A stretch of 64,000 nucleotides of DNA from Patescibacteria group bacterium (GTDB lineage: Bacteria > Patescibacteriota > Patescibacteriia > XYB2-FULL-38-15). Of the stretch, positions 56,538 through 64,000 are shown one piece after another. A model generated the notes under the pieces. The model saw only the letters and a list, made by a program, of their open reading frames with translations, searched no databases and was not told where the DNA came from. The DNA lies in the NCBI GenBank assembly GCA_041653675.1, contig JBAZEY010000003.1:13284-77283 (forward strand), written 5' to 3'. A program made the translations under genes and the position numbers. Position 1 is the first letter of the stretch, and each line of letters begins with the position of its first letter.

Positions 56538-57659
56538 ATGTTTTTTGAATTCTTCAAAAAATTTAAAACAAAAACCTTGCTATTTGCGGCAGGGTTTTTG
56601 GTTCTCGCGGGACTAATCAGCCTTTCACTTTGGTTTTATTTTAGTTTTTTAAAAAGTGATGGGTTGTTTTTAGAAGTTGTCCCGGCCAAATCATCAGTCT
56701 ATTGGCAAAGCGATTTTAGCAGGGGAGCTGACGATGTTTGGCTTTGGGCAACCACAAGAGCGATTCTCCCGGGGGAAGCGGCAAATCAGGCGAGGTTTTT
56801 GGAAGAATCTATTGCGCCAGAGGCAAGCAAGATTGGTTTTGCTATTTTGCCAGATTCCACAGATTTTATTTTCTTCGCCAAAATCGACGCCGGGGAATTT
56901 AATTTACAAAAAAGCAAGCTTGAAGAATTAAATTACCATTATATTTTTGAAGAAAATAATAGACTAATAATTTCAAACAGCAGGTCTGGTCTTGAAGCGG
57001 CGGTTGCGGTCTTAAGCCAAGAAGAAAAATCTTTTGCCGACGATAAAATGAAATTAATTTCTTTTAATGGGGCGAAACGACATTCTTCGGCACAAATTTA
57101 TTTTGAAAAAAACTTTAAAGTAGATACTTTTCTCCCCCTACCGTGGTCTTCTGATTTTTGGTCAAGCAATAAGTTGATCATAGCGATGAAAAGAGGAGTA
57201 AAAGATGAATACAATATCGCCGATTTTTATTTTTTGGCCGTTTCGGATGACAAATATCTTAAAAATAATATGGAGAATGTTTTAAAAGATGATTTGGCTG
57301 TTCTTCTTCCCGAAATCAGAGAGAAGATTTTACCCGATAATACGGTAGTTAAAGAACTTTTGGCCAATCCTGACGCTTTTAAATTCCAAGAGAAGAAAAT
57401 CGGCGGCTTTCCGGCCAGTTATCTTCCCGTGCCTGCCTTGAACCAAGAATTTTTTCTCGGGAAAGAGCGGCAAAAGACGATATTTGGAAATTCAGAAGAA
57501 ATGATTCTTGATTTTTGGGCCAATTCGGGGCACAAACCAGATTATTACGGTAAAAATTTGATAGAAGCACTTTTAGACGGACTAAAATGGCTGACAGCTG
57601 ATTTCGGAGGGGTTATTTTTGAGGTAAATGCGAGCAACGTACAAAATAAAGGTGATTGA
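56538..57659 (+). CDS. Membrane-anchored hypothetical protein
   Basis: RBS GGGAGG. N-terminal TM (LLFAAGFLVLAGLISLSLWFYF). The start was chosen downstream of the pnp stop. Confidence 0.5.
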   Translation: MFFEFFKKFKTKTLLFAAGFLVLAGLISLSLWFYFSFLKSDGLFLEVVPAKSSVYWQSDFSRGADDVWLWATTRAILPGEAANQARFLEESIAPEASKIGFAILPDSTDFIFFAKIDAGEFNLQKSKLEELNYHYIFEENNRLIISNSRSGLEAAVAVLSQEEKSFADDKMKLISFNGAKRHSSAQIYFEKNFKVDTFLPLPWSSDFWSSNKLIIAMKRGVKDEYNIADFYFLAVSDDKYLKNNMENVLKDDLAVLLPEIREKILPDNTVVKELLANPDAFKFQEKKIGGFPASYLPVPALNQEFFLGKERQKTIFGNSEEMILDFWANSGHKPDYYGKNLIEALLDGLKWLTADFGGVIFEVNASNVQNKGD

Positions 57660-57834
57660 TGTGATGAATGGCCAAAAATATTTTATGGCATTGCTCTGCT
57701 GGGTATGCCAACGAGCTTAAATTTTGTATGTTGTGGATAACTTGTGAACAAGAATCTTGTTCTCTTGGGGATAAGTAGCTTCTTATTTTGGGCTTAGAAA
57801 TGTTTTTTGTTTTAAATAAGCCAAAGTTTGAGGA

Positions 57835-57864
57835 TTGACAAGAACGCTATTTTCGTGGTATAAT
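57835..57864 (+). promoter_or_regulatory. Strong promoter TTGACA-18-TGgTATAAT
   Basis: ttgaca agaacgctattttcgtgg tataat. Confidence 0.55.
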
Positions 57865-57871
57865 ATTTATA

Positions 57872-58190
57872 GAACATTAAAACCAGAGACGTTTGGCTGA
57901 GAGTCAGCCACATTTCTCTCTTCTCTACTCTTCGTCAGAGGTCTTCTGCTGGCAAGACCTGACCCTAAAACAAAAACAAAAATTACTTTTTTGGTGAGTT
58001 CCCCTCTGGAGTTCACCACAAGAATGGTAGAGGAGTTTCTCGCTTTGAAGTCAGCAAAAAGCGTTCCTTCCCCCAAGACCGGTATCTCTTTAATCCTCTC
58101 CGGAGGACAAAAGGGTGTGTCGAGGGGGCAACAAGGGCGCAACGGCCAATTATTAATTATATTATTAAGGGCGCAGTTGCGCCCTTTTAA
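57872..58190 (+). ncRNA. Candidate structured RNA of about 310 nt (promoter, hairpins, terminator, no credible ORF); class unknown
   Basis: Hairpins ggctgagagtcagcc, gtcagaggtctt...aagacctgac and cctctccggagg. Terminator aagggcgcagttgcgccctt plus T. The 76-aa ORF inside has no RBS. Confidence 0.35.
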
Positions 58191-58276
58191 AGTTGAAATG
58201 CTAAGTAGGATTAATACTTGAAAAAAATAACCTCTTCATATATACTTAATTTAAATAAGATAATATTAAAAAATTA

Positions 58277-58681
58277 GTGTCGCTAATCTCCAAATTTATG
58301 GCAGTACAAAATAATCTTGATAAGGAATTTTTAAAGAAAATCGAAGATCAACTTTTGGCGGAAAAAGCTCGTTTGGAAAAGGAGCTATCCCAATTCACTC
58401 AAAAGAACCCACACAACGCGTCTGATTACGACGCTGATTTTCCAACAATTGGCGATGCGGAAGATGAAAATGCCGCCGAAGTTGCGGTTTATGGCGATAA
58501 CTTGACCTTGGAGAGAACACTAGAGTCGGCTTTGCGCGACGTAAATGGCGCCTTAAAGCGGATTGAAGATGGAACTTATGGAGTTTGTCGTTATTGTGGC
58601 AAGCCAATTGATCCAAAAAGATTAGAGGCCCGTCCGGCGTCATCTGCCTGTATGGAATGTAAATCAAAGTTTAGTAAATAA
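58277..58681 (+). CDS. DksA/TraR-family C4 zinc-finger protein
   Basis: N-terminal coiled-coil, and CRYCGKPIDPKRLEARPASSACMEC. Confidence 0.8.
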   Translation: MSLISKFMAVQNNLDKEFLKKIEDQLLAEKARLEKELSQFTQKNPHNASDYDADFPTIGDAEDENAAEVAVYGDNLTLERTLESALRDVNGALKRIEDGTYGVCRYCGKPIDPKRLEARPASSACMECKSKFSK

Positions 58682-58691
58682 GGTTTTTAGA

Positions 58692-59159
58692 ATGCCATTT
58701 TTTCGTAAAATAATGCTTATCAATTTTTTGGTAAGCATTTTGTTTTTTCTTGATCGTTTGACTAAGTGGTTTGCCTTGAAGATTCCCGAGGGGGGAGTTT
58801 TTTTGTTTTCGAAAAAGTTTATAGGATTTAATTTATACAAAAATTTTAATTTAATTTTTAATATTGTTCTTCCGGAATGGCTGATGTATAGCCTGATAGT
58901 TTTGATTTTAGCAGCTCTCGTTTGGCTTTTATTTAAAAATTACGCGCGGCAAAATATTTTCTTAATTTTTTCTTTGAGCTTAATTGTTGCCGGTGCGATG
59001 AGCAATTTGTTAGATCGGCTGTATTTTGGATTTGTGGTAGATTTCTTAAGTTTTTTTGATTATTCCATTTTTAATTTATCAGATGTTTATATTTTTAGCG
59101 GTGTTGGTTTAATTTTTATTGCAGAGTTTATTTTAAAGAGAGAAAAGATTAATAGTTGA
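58692..59159 (+). CDS. lspA: Lipoprotein signal peptidase II
   Basis: Four TM helices. SNLLDRL and FNLSDVYI motifs. Confidence 0.8.
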   Translation: MPFFRKIMLINFLVSILFFLDRLTKWFALKIPEGGVFLFSKKFIGFNLYKNFNLIFNIVLPEWLMYSLIVLILAALVWLLFKNYARQNIFLIFSLSLIVAGAMSNLLDRLYFGFVVDFLSFFDYSIFNLSDVYIFSGVGLIFIAEFILKREKINS

Positions 59160-59173
59160 AAAAATAAGGAGGT

Positions 59174-60214
59174 ATGTCTTCAAAAATTTTATCTGCGGCG
59201 ATTGTTGGATTAGACGCGGAACTTGTGGAGGTGGAGGCCGACATTTCGCCGGGACTTAGTCATTTTACGATAGTTGGTTTGCCGGATATGGCCGTGCAGG
59301 AGTCGCGTGAGCGGGTAAGGGCGGCTATTAAAAATAGTGAATTGCCGTTTCCCCGGACGCGCGTCACGGTTAATTTGGCTCCGGCCGATTTAAAAAAGGA
59401 AGGGCCGTCTTATGATTTGCCCATTGCCATTGCCATTCTTCTGGCTTCGAAATTTTTAAGATTACCGGCGGCGGCGAGTGCAAGAGAAACAGCCGGGGAA
59501 AATCTTGAACTTTTGCCGAGCACGAAAGCTGTGGCAAATCTCTTTTGTCCCCAATCTCTTTTTGTTGGCGAGTTGGCGCTGGATGGAATTTTGCGGCCGG
59601 TGAATGGAATACTGGCCATTGCTTCCGCCGCTCGGGCGAGGGGAATTAAAACTTTGTATGTTCCGGAAACTAACGCCCGAGAAGCAAGTTTGATCGAAAA
59701 TTTGGAAATTTTTTCCGTAAAAAACATTTTTCAGTTGGTAGAACATTTGGCGGGAAAAAATTTAATTGCGCCGTTTTCTCGTGAGGAACCTTTTAATTTT
59801 AACGAGCCAGTCGGAAGTGATGAAGAAAATTTTGATATGGCATATGTGCGCGGACAAGAGTATGCAAAGCGAGCTCTGGAAATTGTCGCCGCCGGTGGCC
59901 ACAACCTCCTGATGTCCGGGCCGCCTGGTTCCGGGAAAACACTGCTTTCAAAAACATTGCCGTCAATTTTGCCGGCGCTTACGATTGATGAGGCGCTTGA
60001 AGTAACAAGAATCTATTCCGTCGCCGGACTTTTACCGCCGGATTTGCCACTTATGACGCGACGGCCGTTTAGAAATCCGCATCACACGGCATCAAATGTC
60101 TCGCTCGTGGGCGGTGGAACTTGGCCGCGGCCGGGAGAAGTAAGTTTGTCTCATCGCGGAGTTTTATTTTTAAGAATCGTCCCGCAATTTATGCAAACAG
60201 TAGTATACTCATAA
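59174..60214 (+). pseudogene. comM: comM/yifB (Mg-chelatase-like AAA+ ATPase) truncated after the sensor-1 region by an insertion
   Basis: Lon-like N-domain plus AAA+ (LLMSGPPGSGKTLL). It reads GVLFL and then diverges (RIVPQFMQTVVYS stop) where LDELPEF and about 170 more residues are expected. Confidence 0.7.
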
Positions 60215-60306
60215 AACTACCAATACTCTCTGAAACCGATAGGAGACGGGAGGTTTTGGCCGTAAATCTGGGAATGCACGGCGCAAAAAGGACTTAGTGA
60301 AATTCT

Positions 60307-60348
60307 ACAAAATTCGACAAAATTCGACAAAATCCGACAAAATCCGAC
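60307..60348. repeat. Four tandem copies of ACAAAATYCG
   Basis: acaaaattcg acaaaattcg acaaaatccg acaaaatccg. Confidence 0.8.
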
Positions 60349-60388
60349 TAATTAGGGTAAAATATTTTGGGTTTTAGGAACTAAAATC

Positions 60389-60414
60389 AGACAAAAGCAG
60401 ACAAAAGCAGACAC
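60389..60414. repeat. About 2.6 tandem copies of CAGACAAAAG
   Basis: cagacaaaag cagacaaaag cagaca. Confidence 0.8.
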
Positions 60415-60504
60415 TTTTAGGGATAAATGTTGGGAATTTTACAAGTTTAGTATGGGACAGAACGTAACACCTTTATTAAAATCTAATTTTGCGGTAAAGT
60501 TAAA

Positions 60505-62190
60505 TTGATTTTAAGAACAACTATGGCTCGCAAAATAAACTATGACAACTGGTCAAAGGAAGAATTAGCCAAAGAATTACGCCGTATTAAGGAAACAAAA
60601 TACGGGCTTGTTTGGCATAGGGATTTGCCGGAAGAAAAAATTGACACGCTCATCAATCCTGACGCGCGCACGCCGAACGAAATGTTTCCGAATGAAATGG
60701 CCGGCAGGCCGTTTCCGATTTTGAAAGAAACCAAAGGCAAAGAGATAAACGGCGATAAAGGCAAGCCAGTAAATTTGCTTATTGAGGGCGACAATTATCA
60801 CTCGCTAGCGGTTTTAAATTTCACGCACCAAGAAGCGATTGATTTGATATATATCGATCCGCCCTATAACACAGGAGAAAATGACTTTATATACAATGAT
60901 AAAATGGTTGATAAGGAAGACCCCTTTAGACACAGCAAGTGGCTCTCTTTTATGGAAAAAAGATTAAAACTTGCTAAAAACCTTCTTAAATCTGACGGAG
61001 TACTTTTTGTGAGTATAGATGATAACGAACAAGCACCACTCAAATTATTATGCGATGAGATTTTTGACGACGGTCACTTTCTTGGAACTTTAACCTGGAT
61101 TAATAAAACGAAACCAGTTAATTCGGGTAAGGCGAAATATCAAATACAGCAGAATACGGAATATATTTTTGCCTATTCAAAAACAAAAAGAGAAGATTTT
61201 CTCGGCTTTGATTTAACAAAACAAGGGGAAAGAAAGTATGCTCTCTCGGACCAAGGAGGCGACTACAGACTAATAGACATCGAGGATTCTGATCGCGGGA
61301 GAAAAAAACGGGACACAATGAAATTTGAAATTTTGGGAATTAAGCCGGGAACCGGCAAGCGTTGGAAAATTGGACAATTGGAAATAAACAACCTGATAAA
61401 GACGGGTAGAATTGTTAAAGTAGAAGGAAAAATAAAAAGGAAGATATATAGTTATGAGGAATCAGGATTTGTTGAAAATCCTTTTTGGTCACATCTTGAA
61501 GCCGTTGGTACTGCCGAAGATGGCAAAAAAGAGCTCTCGGATATTATTGGGCAGGATCATGGCTTTGATACTGTAAAGCCCGTAAATTTGATAGAAAGTT
61601 TACTGCAGCATTTTACGAAAAATGTATGCGTCCTTGATTTTTTTGCTGGTTCGGGGTCGACAGGTCAAGCAGTTCTTGATTTGAATAAAGAAGGGGGCAA
61701 TCGGCGATTTATTCTTTGCACTAACAACGATAACAATATCTGCTTGGATGTCTGCTACCCTCGCTTAAAAAAAGTCATCAAGGGCTATAAAAATACCAAG
61801 GGCGAAAATATCGCCGGACTTGGCGGTAATTTAAAATATTATACTTGCGATTTTGTTGAGGCCGAACCGACTGACCAAAACAAACGAAAACTTGTGAGCG
61901 AATCAACGGAAATGCTTTGCATCCGCGAAAACGCTTTCGATCTAGTACAAGACGAAAGCGATTTTAAGATTTTTAAGAACGAAAAAAAATATCTTGGAAT
62001 TGTTTTTTACGAAGAAGCGATTGGCGATTTTAAAAAAGCGATTAAAAAGATTAAAGGTCATTTTAACACGTACGTTTTCTCGCTCGGCGACGAGCCGCAC
62101 GAAAAACAGTTTACTGATGTAAAAAGAAAAGTCACGCTCTGCGCCATCCCGGAAGTGATTTTGAAAGTTTATAGGGAGATTTTTAAATAA
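60505..62190 (+). CDS. Beta-class N6-adenine DNA methyltransferase (type III Mod-like), no Res partner
   Basis: Motif IV IYIDPPYNTGENDFIYND lies before motif I VLDFFAGSGSTGQAV. Also WLSFMEKRLKLAKNLLKSDGVLFVSIDDNE and TEYIFAYSK. Confidence 0.8.
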   Translation: MILRTTMARKINYDNWSKEELAKELRRIKETKYGLVWHRDLPEEKIDTLINPDARTPNEMFPNEMAGRPFPILKETKGKEINGDKGKPVNLLIEGDNYHSLAVLNFTHQEAIDLIYIDPPYNTGENDFIYNDKMVDKEDPFRHSKWLSFMEKRLKLAKNLLKSDGVLFVSIDDNEQAPLKLLCDEIFDDGHFLGTLTWINKTKPVNSGKAKYQIQQNTEYIFAYSKTKREDFLGFDLTKQGERKYALSDQGGDYRLIDIEDSDRGRKKRDTMKFEILGIKPGTGKRWKIGQLEINNLIKTGRIVKVEGKIKRKIYSYEESGFVENPFWSHLEAVGTAEDGKKELSDIIGQDHGFDTVKPVNLIESLLQHFTKNVCVLDFFAGSGSTGQAVLDLNKEGGNRRFILCTNNDNNICLDVCYPRLKKVIKGYKNTKGENIAGLGGNLKYYTCDFVEAEPTDQNKRKLVSESTEMLCIRENAFDLVQDESDFKIFKNEKKYLGIVFYEEAIGDFKKAIKKIKGHFNTYVFSLGDEPHEKQFTDVKRKVTLCAIPEVILKVYREIFK

Positions 62191-62202
62191 AAAATCGAAA
62201 AT

Positions 62203-62388
62203 ATGAGCAGACAACAAACAAATTCTGGACAAATAAGGAAAAAAAGAGAGGACACCCTAATCAAGAATATCGAGAAAAAGTATAATGTTGATTTTGGTGT
62301 ACGCGATGATATGAAATTAGGCACTTACTTAAGGGAAAAAGGACTGCCGTCGCTTTCCAAAGCTATAGAAAAGGTAACAAAGGAATGA
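62203..62388 (+). CDS. Small hypothetical protein (61 aa)
   Basis: ORF only. Basic N-terminus. Confidence 0.3.
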   Translation: MSRQQTNSGQIRKKREDTLIKNIEKKYNVDFGVRDDMKLGTYLREKGLPSLSKAIEKVTKE

Positions 62389-62391
62389 TAT

Positions 62392-62904
62392 ATGATATCA
62401 GAAGCTTTTAAGAGAAATGTTTTATGGAATCTTGAACAAGTTGCTGTTCAGGTTGGCCATGCCGAAAAAGTTAGGACTAGAGCTAGAAGCGGATATTATA
62501 AAGCTGCTATAATTTTAGCCGCTGCTATCGTCGAAGCACTTGTGTATAAAATTTTAGAACAAAATAATACCCTGAAGATGCCGCTGGAAGATTGGCGATG
62601 TATTCGTTCAAATTTTTTGTCTCAGCGGTATAAAAGCGACAAAGGAGAGAGACTAAGTGTCTGTGAAAGAATAAGACCACAGTTTGAATTAAATAAACAA
62701 ACGGATTTTAAAAAAGTTAATGAAGTATGTCTTGCTTTAAAGATATTTCCAAAAAAAATTTTTAAGAAAATAGAAAAAATTAGAACATTGAGAAATAAAA
62801 TCCATATTCAGGGGCTAGATAATATAGATAGGAGTTATACAAAACATGAGCTGGAATTTATTTCGTCCGTAATGGATGAGTTACTTAGTAAAATAAAAGC
62901 ATAG
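62392..62904 (+). CDS. Hypothetical protein, possible HEPN-like (C-terminal R-x6-H)
   Basis: RTLRNKIH near the C-terminus, in an alpha-helical context. Weak. Confidence 0.3.
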   Translation: MISEAFKRNVLWNLEQVAVQVGHAEKVRTRARSGYYKAAIILAAAIVEALVYKILEQNNTLKMPLEDWRCIRSNFLSQRYKSDKGERLSVCERIRPQFELNKQTDFKKVNEVCLALKIFPKKIFKKIEKIRTLRNKIHIQGLDNIDRSYTKHELEFISSVMDELLSKIKA

Positions 62905-62981
62905 GCATTTAACATGAGGCATGGAAAAAACAATTAAACTATGTTGATTTAATTTAAAGATTATTTTTAAAAATAGCTTAT

Positions 62982-63950
62982 ATGAAAGAACCAATAAAAG
63001 AATTAGCTAATGTAGAGAATATAAAAGAAGATTTGATTAAAGAATTTGAGCGATCGTTAAATGAATTTAAGAAAAAAGTTGATTGTTTTATTTACCCGCT
63101 AATTATCCCGCCGCTTAATAGCATAGACGAAGATGTACTTTTCGAAGTTTTTCCTGATTTGAAGAAAATAGGAAAACAAAAACGTTTACACGTGCTTTTG
63201 TATTCATATGGAGGTGATGCCCACACAGCATTTCATATAGGTCGCCTTTTGCAAGATTATGCTACAGAGGAGTTATATATTTATATTCTGAGAGAAGCTA
63301 AGAGTGCAGCAACACTGTTAGCGAGTTCAGCTGACAAGATTATTTTTTCTGAAATTTCAGAATTGGGGCCGATGGATCCTCAGATTAAAGATTCCGAGGG
63401 AGGAGAAAGATTTAGTCCGCTTGCCATAAAACATGTTATGGATTTTTTGTCCGATGAAAGCAGAAAAGGACATTCAGAGCTAGTCAAGACACTGGCCGCG
63501 AAGTTACCAACGACGCTTCAATTAGGAGAACATTTGAAATCCCTAGAAACTGGAAAAGATTATCTTTTCAAACTTCTTAAGACTAGAATGTTTAAAGAAG
63601 ATAGCGATGAAATTGTGCAAAAAATTGCAGAAAAGTTAGTGACGGGATACCCGGATCACGGTTATTGTATTGATTTTAAAGAAGCGTTAGAGATTGGCTT
63701 AAAAGTTGAAAAAGTTGATCCAAAAATAGAAAATGAACTTTTTTCGGTTATGGAGAATTATAAAAAAGTTTGGGATACATTTGAAAAATTGATACGAGAC
63801 GCAAAAAATAGAGATGATCAAAAAATTAAGGATGCAATGAAATTATTGAAAGGGATTAGAACCGTTGCGACTAATATTATAGAAGGTGAAATTAAAGAAA
63901 ATCTGGAACCAAAAAATCAAGGCAGCACTGAGTTAATAGAACAAAGATAA
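62982..63950 (+). CDS. ClpP/crotonase-fold serine-protease-like protein
   Basis: LHVLLYSYGGDAHTAFHIGRLLQDY...KSAATLLASSADKIIFSEISELGPMDPQI follows the ClpP/SppA fold pattern. Confidence 0.5.
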   Translation: MKEPIKELANVENIKEDLIKEFERSLNEFKKKVDCFIYPLIIPPLNSIDEDVLFEVFPDLKKIGKQKRLHVLLYSYGGDAHTAFHIGRLLQDYATEELYIYILREAKSAATLLASSADKIIFSEISELGPMDPQIKDSEGGERFSPLAIKHVMDFLSDESRKGHSELVKTLAAKLPTTLQLGEHLKSLETGKDYLFKLLKTRMFKEDSDEIVQKIAEKLVTGYPDHGYCIDFKEALEIGLKVEKVDPKIENELFSVMENYKKVWDTFEKLIRDAKNRDDQKIKDAMKLLKGIRTVATNIIEGEIKENLEPKNQGSTELIEQR

Positions 63951-64000
63951 ATTTATGTGGGTTGAATTTAAAGATTATCAAGAAAAAGCCATTGTAAAGT

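Noticed and set aside
57991-58221. 76-aa ORF inside the candidate ncRNA
   Set aside because: No Shine-Dalgarno. Low-complexity composition. It sits between a promoter and a terminator with extensive secondary structure.
60307-60414. CRISPR array
   Set aside because: The repeats are 10 nt and directly tandem, with no spacers and no cas genes. They are more consistent with iterons or protein-binding sites.

Overview
This 64 kb window is AT-rich chromosomal sequence (about 40% GC) that looks like a small-genome, monoderm-type bacterium, plausibly Candidate Phyla Radiation/Patescibacteria. That placement is my inference and no search was run. The housekeeping backbone is dense: ychF, rpsF-ssb-rpsR, epmA-efp, recA, rodZ-like, ftsK, a GT-C/GT2/GT-C glycosylation trio, SIS-type sugar isomerase, uvrC-uvrA-uvrB, an SPFH protein, hemerythrin, tRNA-His/tRNA-Arg/xerCD, rpsO-NYN-pnp, dksA-like, lspA and comM. 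Three things are layered on this backbone.

(1) Cell-surface gene cluster, 1-17.8 kb. It encodes paralogous secreted proteins, a membrane-anchored protein arranged like DUF916/DUF3324, and a secreted FN3-repeat protein ending in a dockerin-like module. Immediately downstream is a membrane protein that opens with a cohesin-like domain. Two paralogous giant N-terminally anchored proteins follow (2412 and about 800 aa), built from roughly 35 copies of a 20-aa Gly/Tyr repeat and sharing a C-terminal module present three times.

(2) Six discrete GC-rich (about 60%) insertions. Each sits in an intergenic slot with a host-type AT-rich promoter, a strong Shine-Dalgarno and its own hairpin terminator. 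They are 18.0-20.3 kb (PEGA lipoprotein plus a Cys-rich-repeat/DNRLRE protein, each followed by a copy of one 58-nt terminator element); 39.27-39.54 kb and 42.2-42.5 kb (one in each spacer of the uvr cluster); 44.6-47.1 kb (cNMP-binding protein, lipoprotein and a 600-nt non-coding block); 49.19-49.47 kb; and 51.78-52.04 kb (beside tRNA-His/tRNA-Arg/xerCD, between two copies of a terminator repeat).

(3) comM truncated at about 60,173 by an inserted element. The element runs past the window end and carries tandem 10-nt repeats, a beta-class adenine methyltransferase with no Res partner, a possible HEPN protein and a ClpP-fold protein.

Several promoter-plus-terminator units without ORFs (42.2, 48.39 and 57.88 kb, and the 46.5-47.1 kb block) are candidate structured RNAs.
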